NCBI GenBank assembly: GCA_038147155.1
Contig: JAYQTA010000005.1
Span: 26,745 to 90,744 of the forward strand
Length of the DNA: 64,000 nt
Source: Candidatus Australimonas brisbanensis
GTDB taxonomy: Bacteria; Chloroflexota; Dehalococcoidia; Lucifugimonadales; Australimonadaceae
Reading direction: 5' to 3'
Shown here piece after piece: positions 43,332 to 51,866 of this stretch. Made by a program: the position numbers and the translations under genes. Position 1 is the first letter of the stretch; every line of letters starts with the position of its first letter. Under the pieces are notes generated by a model. The model did no database searches. It worked only from the letters and a program-made list of their open reading frames with translations, and had not been told where the DNA came from.

Positions 43332-43763
43332 GGCGCGGCGCCCTCATGAAGTCGATAAGCCCCCGGTTTCCCCCCGGGGGCACCCGGAGCCGCCCAACTC
43401 CCCTGGACGACTCCACGTCTCCCTCCTCCGCAGGCCTCTGCCGACGCGCCACGGCATGGGGCCACCAGGGCCCCGTTGGAGCGATCCGCGGGGCCCGCCT
43501 TTTTCCCGCGCGCCGGCGGCTTGGCGGTGTCGGTGCTCATGGCTACTCCTCGCTGCGCGGCACGGCCTGGGGGGCGCGATGCCGGGTCTTGCTTGTCTGT
43601 GAACCACGCTACCAAGGCCCTCCCCGCGCGACATGGAGACCAACCCCCCACCTGACACCGTGAAAACACGCAGGTTTCCCTGCGGGGTAACGCCCAGTTC
43701 CTTCGTGCAGGGCACCCGCGGGCCCGGGGTATACTTGCCGCACGCCACCCCCAAGGAGCGCCC

Positions 43764-44777
43764 ATGTCGCAGACCACCGCCCCCACCATCGCCATCACCC
43801 TGGGGGATGCCACGGGCATCGGCCCGGAGGTGGTGGCCAAGGCGCTGGGGGCGCCCGGCGCGCTGGGCGAGGCCCGGGCGCTGGTGGTGGGCACGGCACC
43901 GGTGCTCCAGCGCGCGCTGGACCTGACCGGCACCGCCCTGCGCGCCCGGCAGGTCAGCACCCCCGATGAGCCGGTGGGGCCGGGCGAAGTGGCGGTGTAC
44001 GGGACCGGCGAGGCAGAGCTCGCCACCCTGCCCTACGGACAGCTCTCTCCCCTGGCGGGCCGCGCCGCGGTGGACTGGGCAGCGGCAGCCGCGCTGCTGG
44101 CGCTGAGCGGCGCGGTGGCGGCGATCGCCACGGCCCCTCTGAACAAGGAAGCCGCGCACGCGGGCGGGGTGGAGGAGGTGGGGCACCAGGAGATCTACCA
44201 GGCGATGTCCGGCGCCGAGCAGGTCTCCACCATGCTGGTGACGCCGGGCCTGCGGGTGGTCCACCTGTCCACCCACCGCTCGTTGGCCGCAGCCTGCGCC
44301 CTGGTGACCCGTGAGAACGTGCTGGCCAAGCTGCGGCTCACCCATGATTTCTTCACCCGTTACGGCATCGCCCGCCCGCGCATCGGCGTCGCGGCCCTGA
44401 ACCCCCACGGGGGTGAGCATGGGCTCATCGGCTCGGAGGAGGTGGAGGAGGTGGCCCCCGCCGTGGCCGACGCCCGCGAGGAGGGCATCGATGCCTCCGG
44501 CCCCGTGCCGGCGGACACGGTGTTCAACCAGGCGATCGATGGGCGGTACGACGTGGTTCTCGCTCTCTACCACGACCAGGGGCACATCGCAGTGAAGGTG
44601 CATGGGTGGGAGGAGTCGGTCACCATGAACCTGGGCCTGCCCTTCGTGCGCACCAGCGTGGACCACGGCACCGCCTTCGACATCGCCGGGCGGGGCATCG
44701 CCGACGCACGCGGTATGGCGGCGGCGGTGCGGGCAGCGGCGGCCCTGGCGACCGGCAGGGGCCTGACGGCCTTCTAG
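43764..44777 (+). CDS. pdxA: 4-hydroxythreonine-4-phosphate dehydrogenase family protein (PdxA/PdxA2)
   Basis: IAITLGDATGIGPEVV, GHQE and YHDQGH motifs. TSVDHGTAFDIAG. Confidence 0.85.
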   Translation: MSQTTAPTIAITLGDATGIGPEVVAKALGAPGALGEARALVVGTAPVLQRALDLTGTALRARQVSTPDEPVGPGEVAVYGTGEAELATLPYGQLSPLAGRAAVDWAAAAALLALSGAVAAIATAPLNKEAAHAGGVEEVGHQEIYQAMSGAEQVSTMLVTPGLRVVHLSTHRSLAAACALVTRENVLAKLRLTHDFFTRYGIARPRIGVAALNPHGGEHGLIGSEEVEEVAPAVADAREEGIDASGPVPADTVFNQAIDGRYDVVLALYHDQGHIAVKVHGWEESVTMNLGLPFVRTSVDHGTAFDIAGRGIADARGMAAAVRAAAALATGRGLTAF

Positions 44778-44861
44778 CACGAGCGGATCGCTCGTGGGCG
44801 CGTGTTATACTCCGCCGAACGGTTCGGGGGGCTCCCCGCACCGCACCACCCGGGAGTGAGC

Positions 44862-45686
44862 ATGCGGACCAGCTTCATCGGCGGCGGCGTCATGGCCGAG
44901 GCGATGCTCGCGCGCGCCCTGGCCGCCGGCCTGCTCCAGGCCGGCGAGGTGTGCGTGGGCGAGCCGGTGGCCGCCCGTCGCGAGGTGCTGGCCGCCGCCC
45001 ACAGCGTGGGGGTGGCCGCCACGGGTCGCGAGGCCATCGCGGGGGCGGGGCTGGTGGTGCTGGCGGTCAAGCCCCAACACCTCGGGCACGTCTACCAGGA
45101 GGTGGGCGGCCACCTCCAGGCCGGGCAGACGGTGCTCTCCATCGTCGCGGGCGCGCCGCTGGCCGCCCTGGCCGCGGGCCTGAAGCACCACGCACTGATT
45201 CGCGTCATGCCCAACACCCCGGCCCAGGTGGGCGCGGGCGTGTCCGTCTGGACCGCCACCCGCGAGGTGGGCACCGAGGCACGTTCCGCCGCCGCTGCCC
45301 TGCTGGGCTGCCTGGGCACCGCCGTGGAGGTGGCCGACGAGGGCTATCTGGACATGGCCACCGCCATCTCCGGCAGCGGCCCGGCCTACGTGTTCGCCTT
45401 CATGGAGGCGCTGGTGGAAGCCGGCGTGCTGCTGGGCATGCCCCGCGAGATGGCGCGCACCCTGGCGGTGGAGACGGTGGCCGGGTCCGGCAGGCTCGCC
45501 AGCGAATCGGGCGAGTCGCCCGCGCTGCTGCGTGAGCGCGTGACCTCTCCCGGTGGCACCACCGCCGCCGCGCTGCGGGTGCTGGAGCAGCAGGGCATGC
45601 GCTCGGCCATCATCGAGGCTGCGGCCGCAGCGCACCGGCGCGCCCAGGAGCTGGGCAGGCCGAAGGGCGCGGAGGGTGCAGCGTGA
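44862..45686 (+). CDS. proC: pyrroline-5-carboxylate reductase
   Basis: SFIGGGVMAEAM, RVMPNTPAQVG and SPGGTTAAAL motifs. Start at ATG 44862. Confidence 0.85.
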   Translation: MRTSFIGGGVMAEAMLARALAAGLLQAGEVCVGEPVAARREVLAAAHSVGVAATGREAIAGAGLVVLAVKPQHLGHVYQEVGGHLQAGQTVLSIVAGAPLAALAAGLKHHALIRVMPNTPAQVGAGVSVWTATREVGTEARSAAAALLGCLGTAVEVADEGYLDMATAISGSGPAYVFAFMEALVEAGVLLGMPREMARTLAVETVAGSGRLASESGESPALLRERVTSPGGTTAAALRVLEQQGMRSAIIEAAAAAHRRAQELGRPKGAEGAA

Positions 45687-45940
45687 AGGAAGTCCTCCTC
45701 ACCATCGTTAACATCTTCTGGTTCGCCCTGCTGGCCCAGGTGCTCCTCTCCTGGCTGCTGGTGGCCGGGGTGCGGAACGACCTGGTGATGCGCTTCTACT
45801 TCGCCCTGGGCCAGCTGCTGGACCCGTTGATGCGCCCGCTGCGGCGCATCGTCCCCACGGTGGGCATGGTGGACATCACCCCGCTGGTGGCCTTCGCGCT
45901 GCTGGCCGTGGTGCGCGCCCTGATCCAGCGCGCCCTCTAG
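45683..45940 (+). CDS. yggT: YggT family membrane protein
   Basis: 85 aa with two TM helices. LDPLMRPLRRIVPTVGMVDITPLVA motif. The GTG overlaps the proC stop. Confidence 0.8.
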   Translation: MKEVLLTIVNIFWFALLAQVLLSWLLVAGVRNDLVMRFYFALGQLLDPLMRPLRRIVPTVGMVDITPLVAFALLAVVRALIQRAL

Positions 45941-46203
45941 CCCGCGCCGAGCCTGGCCGCAACCTCGTCCAGCCCCAGGGGCAACACTACGATCTTGCGC
46001 CGGGTCTTGAGGCCGGCCACCACCAGCACGCGCCCCCTGCTCACCCCCAGTCGCTTGGCTAGCACCGTGCGCAGCGCCTCGTTGGCCGCCCCCTCCACGG
46101 GTGGTGCGGATACGTGCACGCGCAGGGTGCGTCCGTCCACCAGCTCCACGGCCTGGAGCTTGGCACGGGGTATCACCTGCACCTGGATGCGCGTTGAGGG
46201 CAT
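45937..46203 (-). CDS. DUF167 (YggU) family protein
   Basis: PVEGAANEAL motif. 88 aa. Confidence 0.75.
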   Translation of the reverse strand: MPSTRIQVQVIPRAKLQAVELVDGRTLRVHVSAPPVEGAANEALRTVLAKRLGVSRGRVLVVAGLKTRRKIVVLPLGLDEVAARLGAG

Positions 46204-46247
46204 GGGGGGATGATAGCGCCCGTGGGCTGCTCGGGTAGAATCGCGCC

Positions 46248-47105
46248 GTGAGCGTCGTCATCGTCGCCGATTCCACCACCTCCCTGCCCGCCGCGCTGAC
46301 GGCGGGGCTGCCGCTGCTCATCGCGCCGCTGGAGGTGCACCACGCCGGGCGAGTCTTCGCCGACGGCGTGGACCTGACGCCCGCGCGCTTCTACGAGCTG
46401 CTGGCGCAGCCCGGCCCCCCACCCACCACCTCATCCCCCCAGCCGGGGGCGTTCCTCGACCGCTTCAGGGAAGCCGCAGCAGCCGGTGCGGACGCGGTGG
46501 TCTGCCTCACCCTCTCGGCCGACCTGTCAGCCACCCACGCGGCGGCCATGACTGCGCAGCAGGAGGCACGCGAGGCGCTGCCGGGCCTGCCCATCAGCGT
46601 GGTGGACACCCGCTCCGCAGCCACCGCCGAGGGGCTCATCGCCCTGGCCGCCGCGCGCCTGGCCGCGACGGGCGCCGACGCACCGGTGGTGCTTGCGGAG
46701 GTGTCCCGGCGCATGGGCGACACGCGCCTGTTCGGGTACCTCGAATCGCTGGAGCACCTGCGCCGGGGAGGGAGGGTGCCCCGCGTGGCTGCGTGGATGG
46801 GCCGGCTGCTGGACATCAAGCCCATCCTCTCGTTGGAGGACGGACGCATCGGCATGGTGGAGCGCCCCCGCAGCGCGCGTCGCGCCATGGAACGCATCGT
46901 GGCGCTCACCGAAAACCGACTGGCCGGTCATAAAGGGAGGCTGGCCGTGATGCACGCCGCTGCGCCGGAGCGCGCCGAAGAGCTGGCCGCCCTGCTCACC
47001 CAGCGGCTGGACCCCGCAGAGCTGTTCATGACGGAGTTCACGCCGGTGATCGGCGTCCACACGGGCCCCGGCCTGGTGGGCGTCGCCCTTCAACCGGCGG
47101 ACTGA
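46248..47105 (+). CDS. DegV family fatty-acid-binding protein
   Basis: VVIVADSTTSLP N-terminus, TSSPQPG motif and VVDTRSAATAEG. Confidence 0.85.
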   Translation: MSVVIVADSTTSLPAALTAGLPLLIAPLEVHHAGRVFADGVDLTPARFYELLAQPGPPPTTSSPQPGAFLDRFREAAAAGADAVVCLTLSADLSATHAAAMTAQQEAREALPGLPISVVDTRSAATAEGLIALAAARLAATGADAPVVLAEVSRRMGDTRLFGYLESLEHLRRGGRVPRVAAWMGRLLDIKPILSLEDGRIGMVERPRSARRAMERIVALTENRLAGHKGRLAVMHAAAPERAEELAALLTQRLDPAELFMTEFTPVIGVHTGPGLVGVALQPAD

Positions 47106-47170
47106 CGGCCCTCCCCTCGTCTGCTAGCCTAGGCGCGGCGCCCGCGCCCATCCCCTGCCCCGGAGGCCCC

Positions 47171-48691
47171 ATGCTCAAGATCAGCGTGCAGACCGGCGAC
47201 ATCACCCAAGCGGCGTTCGATGCCGTGGTGGTGAACCTATTCGAGGGCGTCACCGCCCCGTCCGGGGCCACCGGCGCGATGGACAAGGCGCTGGAGGGGG
47301 CCATCAGCGGCCTCATCGCCGATGGTGAGACGCGGGGCAAGGAGGGCGAGGCCACGGTGCTCCACACCCTGGGCGCCATCCCCGCCAAGCGGGTTGTGGT
47401 GGCGGGTCTGGGGACGCGTGAACGGTTCGGCACCGACACGGTGCGCACCGTCTCCGCCGTGGCAGCGCGGACGCTGCGGCGCCTGAACGTGAAGCGCGCG
47501 GCCAGCGTGGTGCACGGGGCGGGGATCGGCGGGCTCGACCCCGCCTCAGCCGCGCAGGCGCTGGCGGAGGGCGCGGCCCTGGGCCTGTACACCTTCGACC
47601 GTCACAAGGCACGCAAGGCAGGCGAGCCCGCGCACGAGCTGCAGGAGTTGGTGCTCCTGGAACAGGACCCCGCGCGAGCGGCGGCGCTGGAGGAGGGCGT
47701 GCGCCGGGGCCTCGCACTAGCGGAGGCCGTCATCACGGCGCGCGATCTGGTGAACGAGCCCGCCAACGTGCTCAGCCCCATCGCCCTGGCCGCGGCGGCG
47801 GAGCGGGTGGCGGAGGAGGCTGGCATCGCCTACTCGGTGCTGGAGCCGTGGCAGATGAAGGAGATGGGCATGGGCTCGCTGCTGGGCGTGGCCCAGGGAT
47901 CGGCCAACGAGCCGCGGCTCATCGTCATGGAGTACTTCGGCGACCCGGAGCACCCCGACAACAACGTGGCGCTGGTGGGCAAGGGCATCACCTTCGATTC
48001 CGGTGGCATCTCCATCAAGCCCTCGGCGGGCATGTGGGAGATGAAGGGCGACATGGCGGGCGGCGCCTCGGTGGTGGGTGCCATGAAGGCCATCGCTGCC
48101 CTGGGCCCGCGCATCAATGTGCTGGGACTGGTGCCGGCGGTGGAGAACATGCCCTCCGGCACGGCCCAGCGCCCCGGTGACGTGGTGAAGGCCATGAACG
48201 GCAAGACCATCGAGGTGGACAACACCGACGCCGAGGGGCGGCTGATCCTGGCGGACGCCATGTGCTACGCCGTGGGCGAGAAGCACGCCAAGCGCGTGGT
48301 GGACATCGCCACGCTCACCGGGGCCATCGTCGTGGCGCTGGGCCATGTGGCCACGGGGGTGATGGGCACCTCCCAGCGGCTGGTGGATGAACTGCTGGGC
48401 GCATCCAAGGACACGGGCGAGAAGATGTGGCAACTGCCCCTGTTCGACGAGTACAAGCGCCAGCTGCGCTCCGACTACGCCGACATCAAGAACGTGGGCG
48501 GGCGTCCGGCTGGTTCCATCACCGCCGCGCTGTTCCTCTCCGAGTTCACCGGCCCCGCCGAGTGGGCGCACCTGGACATCGCCGGAACGTTCATGTCGGA
48601 CCGCGTCCACGGCCACGTGGTCAAGGGCGCCACGGGCGTTCCCGCGCGCACCCTGGTGCGGCTGGTGGAGCGGCTGGCGGCGGGGGGCTGA
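47171..48691 (+). CDS. pepA: leucyl aminopeptidase (M17)
   Basis: VGKGITFDSGGISIKP and NTDAEGRLILADA metal-site motifs. Confidence 0.9.
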   Translation: MLKISVQTGDITQAAFDAVVVNLFEGVTAPSGATGAMDKALEGAISGLIADGETRGKEGEATVLHTLGAIPAKRVVVAGLGTRERFGTDTVRTVSAVAARTLRRLNVKRAASVVHGAGIGGLDPASAAQALAEGAALGLYTFDRHKARKAGEPAHELQELVLLEQDPARAAALEEGVRRGLALAEAVITARDLVNEPANVLSPIALAAAAERVAEEAGIAYSVLEPWQMKEMGMGSLLGVAQGSANEPRLIVMEYFGDPEHPDNNVALVGKGITFDSGGISIKPSAGMWEMKGDMAGGASVVGAMKAIAALGPRINVLGLVPAVENMPSGTAQRPGDVVKAMNGKTIEVDNTDAEGRLILADAMCYAVGEKHAKRVVDIATLTGAIVVALGHVATGVMGTSQRLVDELLGASKDTGEKMWQLPLFDEYKRQLRSDYADIKNVGGRPAGSITAALFLSEFTGPAEWAHLDIAGTFMSDRVHGHVVKGATGVPARTLVRLVERLAAGG

Positions 48692-48705
48692 GGGCCCCGC
48701 GCCGT

Positions 48706-48735
48706 TTGACGCGCCAGGCCACGGCCACCTAGAAT
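48706..48735 (+). promoter_or_regulatory. putative promoter TTGACG-N18-TAGAAT for tRNA-His
   Basis: Hexamers at 48706-48711 and 48730-48735. The tRNA starts 13 nt after the -10 box. Confidence 0.45.
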
Positions 48736-48748
48736 CGTCCTGTTGCGT

Positions 48749-48825
48749 GGTGGGCGTGGTCGAGGGGTTAAGACGCCAGGTTGTGGCCCTGGAGATCGAG
48801 GGTTCGATTCCCTCCGCTCACCCCA
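48749..48825 (+). tRNA. tRNA-His (anticodon GTG)
   Basis: Anticodon arm CCAGG-TTGTGGC-CCTGG. An extra G(-1) pairs with C73. T-arm GAGGG-TTCGATT-CCCTC. Encoded CCA. Confidence 0.9.
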
Positions 48826-48835
48826 TCCTTCATGC

Positions 48836-48858
48836 GAGCCCGGCTCAGTGCCGGGCTC
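48836..48858 (+). terminator. hairpin between the two tRNA genes
   Basis: GAGCCCGGC-TCAGT-GCCGGGCTC followed by TTGCGTT. Confidence 0.5.
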
Positions 48859-48908
48859 TTGCGTTCCCCGGCCCCACCGCCGCCTGGCGGTACAATGGCC
48901 CTGCGCGT

Positions 48909-48984
48909 CCGCCCGTAGCTCAGTGGATAGAGCACCGGTCTTCGGAACCGGGTGTCGTGGGTTCGAATCCCTCCGGGCGGGCCA
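48909..48984 (+). tRNA. tRNA-Arg (anticodon TCG), atypical C1:G72 and U50-U64 mismatch
   Basis: CCGCCCG-TA-GCTC-AGTGGATA-GAGC-A-CCGGT-CTTCGGA-ACCGG-GTGTC-GTGGG-TTCGAAT-CCCTC-CGGGCGG-G-CCA. Standard 76-nt geometry. Confidence 0.8.
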
Positions 48985-49064
48985 CATTCCACCGCATGAT
49001 TGACTGGTAAACGCTACTTGGCCCTCTGAGCCCTGCGAGGCTTGGAGGGGGCATTGTCTATACT

Positions 49065-49352
49065 TTGTTTATGTTTTGGGTCGGCCATGAGGCTAGACTG
49101 CGCCTCAGCTGTGCGCTGGTCGGCGAGTTCCATGAGGTGCCCGCCTCGCTCACCGTTGAACCCGCGCCTGCGGCGTTGGCCTTCAACGACATCGGCCAGG
49201 TGCGCCTGCGCGCCAGCGCCCCGCTGGCGGCCGACACCTACACCGCCAACCGTGCGACGGGAGCGTTCATCCTCATCTCCGAGGCAACCAACGCCACGGT
49301 GGCCGCGGGGATGCTCGGAGCACCGCGCTTCCCCTTCGTGCTCCACCGCTGA
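49065..49352 (+). pseudogene. 3' remnant of sulfate adenylyltransferase subunit 1 (CysN-like, C-terminal beta-barrel only)
   Basis: LAFNDIGQVRLRASAPLAADTYTANRATGAFILISEATNATVAAGML matches the CysN/EF-Tu-like domain III end motif (NRxTGxFILID..TNxTVGAGMI). No GTPase domain lies upstream. AT-rich junction at 49040-49080. Confidence 0.6.
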
Positions 49353-49454
49353 CCCTTCCTGTGATTTAGAACGTTTGTGCCAATCGCTCGTTGCGCCGTT
49401 GCACGCGCGTTGGCACCCTGCGCCCACCGCGCCGACGCGCGCGAGGAGGGTGCG

Positions 49455-49643
49455 ATGCACGTGTTCACGGTGAATGAGCGGACGGCGCTGGCGCTGGCGT
49501 GCCGGTGCGGTGCCAGCGCTGGACGGGTGGAGCCCACCTGGCGCGTCGCCGAGACGGTGCGTGAGTGGCACGCCCGGCACGCGGGGCCCACGTGCGGCGC
49601 GCGTTGGGCCAACAGCCTCGCGCCGGCCTCCAGCGCGGCCTAG
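49455..49643 (+). CDS. hypothetical small protein
   Basis: ATG preceded by GAGGAGGG. Reads MHVFTVNERTALALACRCGASAGRVEPTWRVAETVREWHARHAGPTCG.. No recognisable family. Confidence 0.3.
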   Translation: MHVFTVNERTALALACRCGASAGRVEPTWRVAETVREWHARHAGPTCGARWANSLAPASSAA

Positions 49644-49646
49644 CGG

Positions 49647-50831
49647 CTAGTCGGCGTCCCCATCGCCGTCGTGGCCCACGTCCTCGTCCGTGGGCAGCAG
49701 ACCCGTGCGCTGCGACGGTTTGGAAGCGCGCTGGTCGCCCGCCAGCGCATAGCCGCCGCGGGCATCGCGCACCCACAGGTTGCGCGCCGGGAAGGAGATC
49801 TCGATGCCCTCCCCCCGGAAGCGCTCGGTGAGGCGCTTGATGAACTCCGAGACCAGGTCGTAGCGCGCGTGCCAGGAGTGCGCCTGCATGGAGGTGCGCA
49901 CCTCGATGTTGGAATCACCGAAGCCGGTGAACCAGACCCCGGGCTCGAAATCCCTCACCGCCCCCTCCACCGCCGCGATGGACTCGCGCATCACCTCCTG
50001 GATCACACGCTCGGCGCTGCGCAGGTCCGTGTAGTAGCTCACGCCGAACCCCACGAAGGCTGTCACCTCCTCGCCGGAGATGGTGTAGGAGATGGTCTTG
50101 GACTCGGCTAGGCGTGAGTTGGGATAGATGATGACGTTGTTGTCGAAGGTGCGCATGCGGGTGGCGCGCCAGCCGATCTCCTCCACGTACCCGCGCATGC
50201 CGTCCTCCAGCTCCACCAGGTCGCCCACCTGCAGGCTCCCGTCGGACAGGAGGCTGATGCCGGCGAAGAAGTTGGAGAGGGTGCTCTGGAGCGCCAGGGC
50301 CACCGCCAAACCGCCGATTCCCAGACCGGCCAGCAGCGGGGCGATCTGCACCCCCTGCTGGGCGAGGGTGATGAGGATGGCGATGGTCACCAGTGCGATG
50401 GTGGCGGAGCGGTTCAGCAACGGCACCACGGAGGCGAGCATGCGCGTCTGCTTGCGCTTGGCCAGGGTCTTGGCGTAGCGGGCGAACAGCACGTTCTGCA
50501 CCCGCAACGCCGCCGCCAGGGGGATGGCGATGCCCGCGACGACGTACACCCGGCGCACCGTGTCGAGGTACGGGGTCATGATGGGCAGCCGGGTGACGGC
50601 CACGTAGGAGGCCAGCGCCAGCACCCCTGCGTGTATCAGGGGAGCGGCCTTGGTGATGATGTCCTGCGCCAGATTGAACCGGCGCTGCGGGCCGATGCGC
50701 GCGACCAACCCGCGCAGGTACCGGCGCTCCAGCACCACCACCAGCACGCCCAGCGCGAAGGTGCCCACCGCCAGCGCCAGGTCAGCGATGGCCAGGCCCT
50801 CCAGCAGAACCGTCGAGAGGATCGTGTCCAC
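49647..50831 (-). CDS. mechanosensitive ion channel (MscS family)
   Basis: Motifs LSDGSLQVGDLVELEDGMRGYVEEIGWRATRMRTFDNNVIIYPNS. Start set at GTG 50831 (GGGAG upstream). The ORF-track TTG at 50903 is less likely. Confidence 0.8.
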   Translation of the reverse strand: MDTILSTVLLEGLAIADLALAVGTFALGVLVVVLERRYLRGLVARIGPQRRFNLAQDIITKAAPLIHAGVLALASYVAVTRLPIMTPYLDTVRRVYVVAGIAIPLAAALRVQNVLFARYAKTLAKRKQTRMLASVVPLLNRSATIALVTIAILITLAQQGVQIAPLLAGLGIGGLAVALALQSTLSNFFAGISLLSDGSLQVGDLVELEDGMRGYVEEIGWRATRMRTFDNNVIIYPNSRLAESKTISYTISGEEVTAFVGFGVSYYTDLRSAERVIQEVMRESIAAVEGAVRDFEPGVWFTGFGDSNIEVRTSMQAHSWHARYDLVSEFIKRLTERFRGEGIEISFPARNLWVRDARGGYALAGDQRASKPSQRTGLLPTDEDVGHDGDGDAD

Positions 50832-50932
50832 GCCTGCACTCCCTACCTGGGTTGGAACACATGATATGCGTCGCGTGCGCGATGGGAGCGGCGCGGCTTG
50901 CAAATCAGGGGGCCCAGGGGCACCATGGTGGC

Positions 50933-51862
50933 ATGCAGGTAGGCCAATTCGAACTCCGCGACCCGCTCCCGCAGCTCAACGAGCCGCACGTCATCGCCTC
51001 GCTCACCCCGTGGATCGATGCGGGCAGCGTGGGCACCCTTACGCTGGAGCGGCTCGAACGCTTCATGGGCGCTGAGGACTTGGGCGACCTATCCAAGCCG
51101 GGGCGCTTCTTCGACTTCACTCGCTACCGGCCCATGGTGTTCATGGAGGGCGGCCAGCGCAAGCTGCGCGTGCCCAACGCGCACCTGCGCTACGCACGCG
51201 GGCCCCAGGGGACGGACTTCCTGTTCCTGCACATGCTGGAACCCCACAACAACGCCGAGGAGTACATCGACGGTATAACCGAGTTGCTGGAGTTCCTCCA
51301 GGTCAAGCGACTGGTGCGCGTGGGCTCCATGTACGACGCCGTCCCCCACACGCGACCGCTGCTGGTGATGGGCAGCCTGAACGGCCAGCCGCTGGAGGGC
51401 GTTGAGGGGGTGCGCGGGAACCGCCGGCGCCCCTACCAGGGCCCCACCTCCATCATGAACCTGGTGGGCGACCGCCTGCAGGCGTCCGGGGTGGACTCGA
51501 TGATGCTCATGGCCCGCCTGCCCCACTATGTGGAGCTGGAGGCGGACTTCGCAGGCCGCACCAAGATGCTGCGGGTGCTCTCGGGCATCTACGGGCTGCC
51601 GCCGGAGTACTACCTGTCCCGGCGCGACACGCAGCAGTACGACCGCGCCACCACGGAGATGGACCGCAACCAGCAGATGAAGCTGATGGTGGAGCGGCTG
51701 GAGGCGGAGTACGACCGCCGCCACGGCACCGCACCCGCCACCGCCGCCCAGGAGGATGAGCCCTCCGGCGAGTCCCCGACCCCGCTTCCCCCCTCGGTGG
51801 AGCGGTTCCTGGGTGAACTAGGCGGTCTGGGGTCGGACGGCTCGAAGTCCGAGGACTCCTAA
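50933..51862 (+). CDS. PAC2 (proteasome assembly chaperone 2-like) family protein
   Basis: Motifs LNEPHVIASLTPWIDAGSVG and PHYVELEADFAG, with an acidic C-terminal tail. Start at ATG 50933. Confidence 0.7.
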   Translation: MQVGQFELRDPLPQLNEPHVIASLTPWIDAGSVGTLTLERLERFMGAEDLGDLSKPGRFFDFTRYRPMVFMEGGQRKLRVPNAHLRYARGPQGTDFLFLHMLEPHNNAEEYIDGITELLEFLQVKRLVRVGSMYDAVPHTRPLLVMGSLNGQPLEGVEGVRGNRRRPYQGPTSIMNLVGDRLQASGVDSMMLMARLPHYVELEADFAGRTKMLRVLSGIYGLPPEYYLSRRDTQQYDRATTEMDRNQQMKLMVERLEAEYDRRHGTAPATAAQEDEPSGESPTPLPPSVERFLGELGGLGSDGSKSEDS

Positions 51863-51866
51863 CCCC

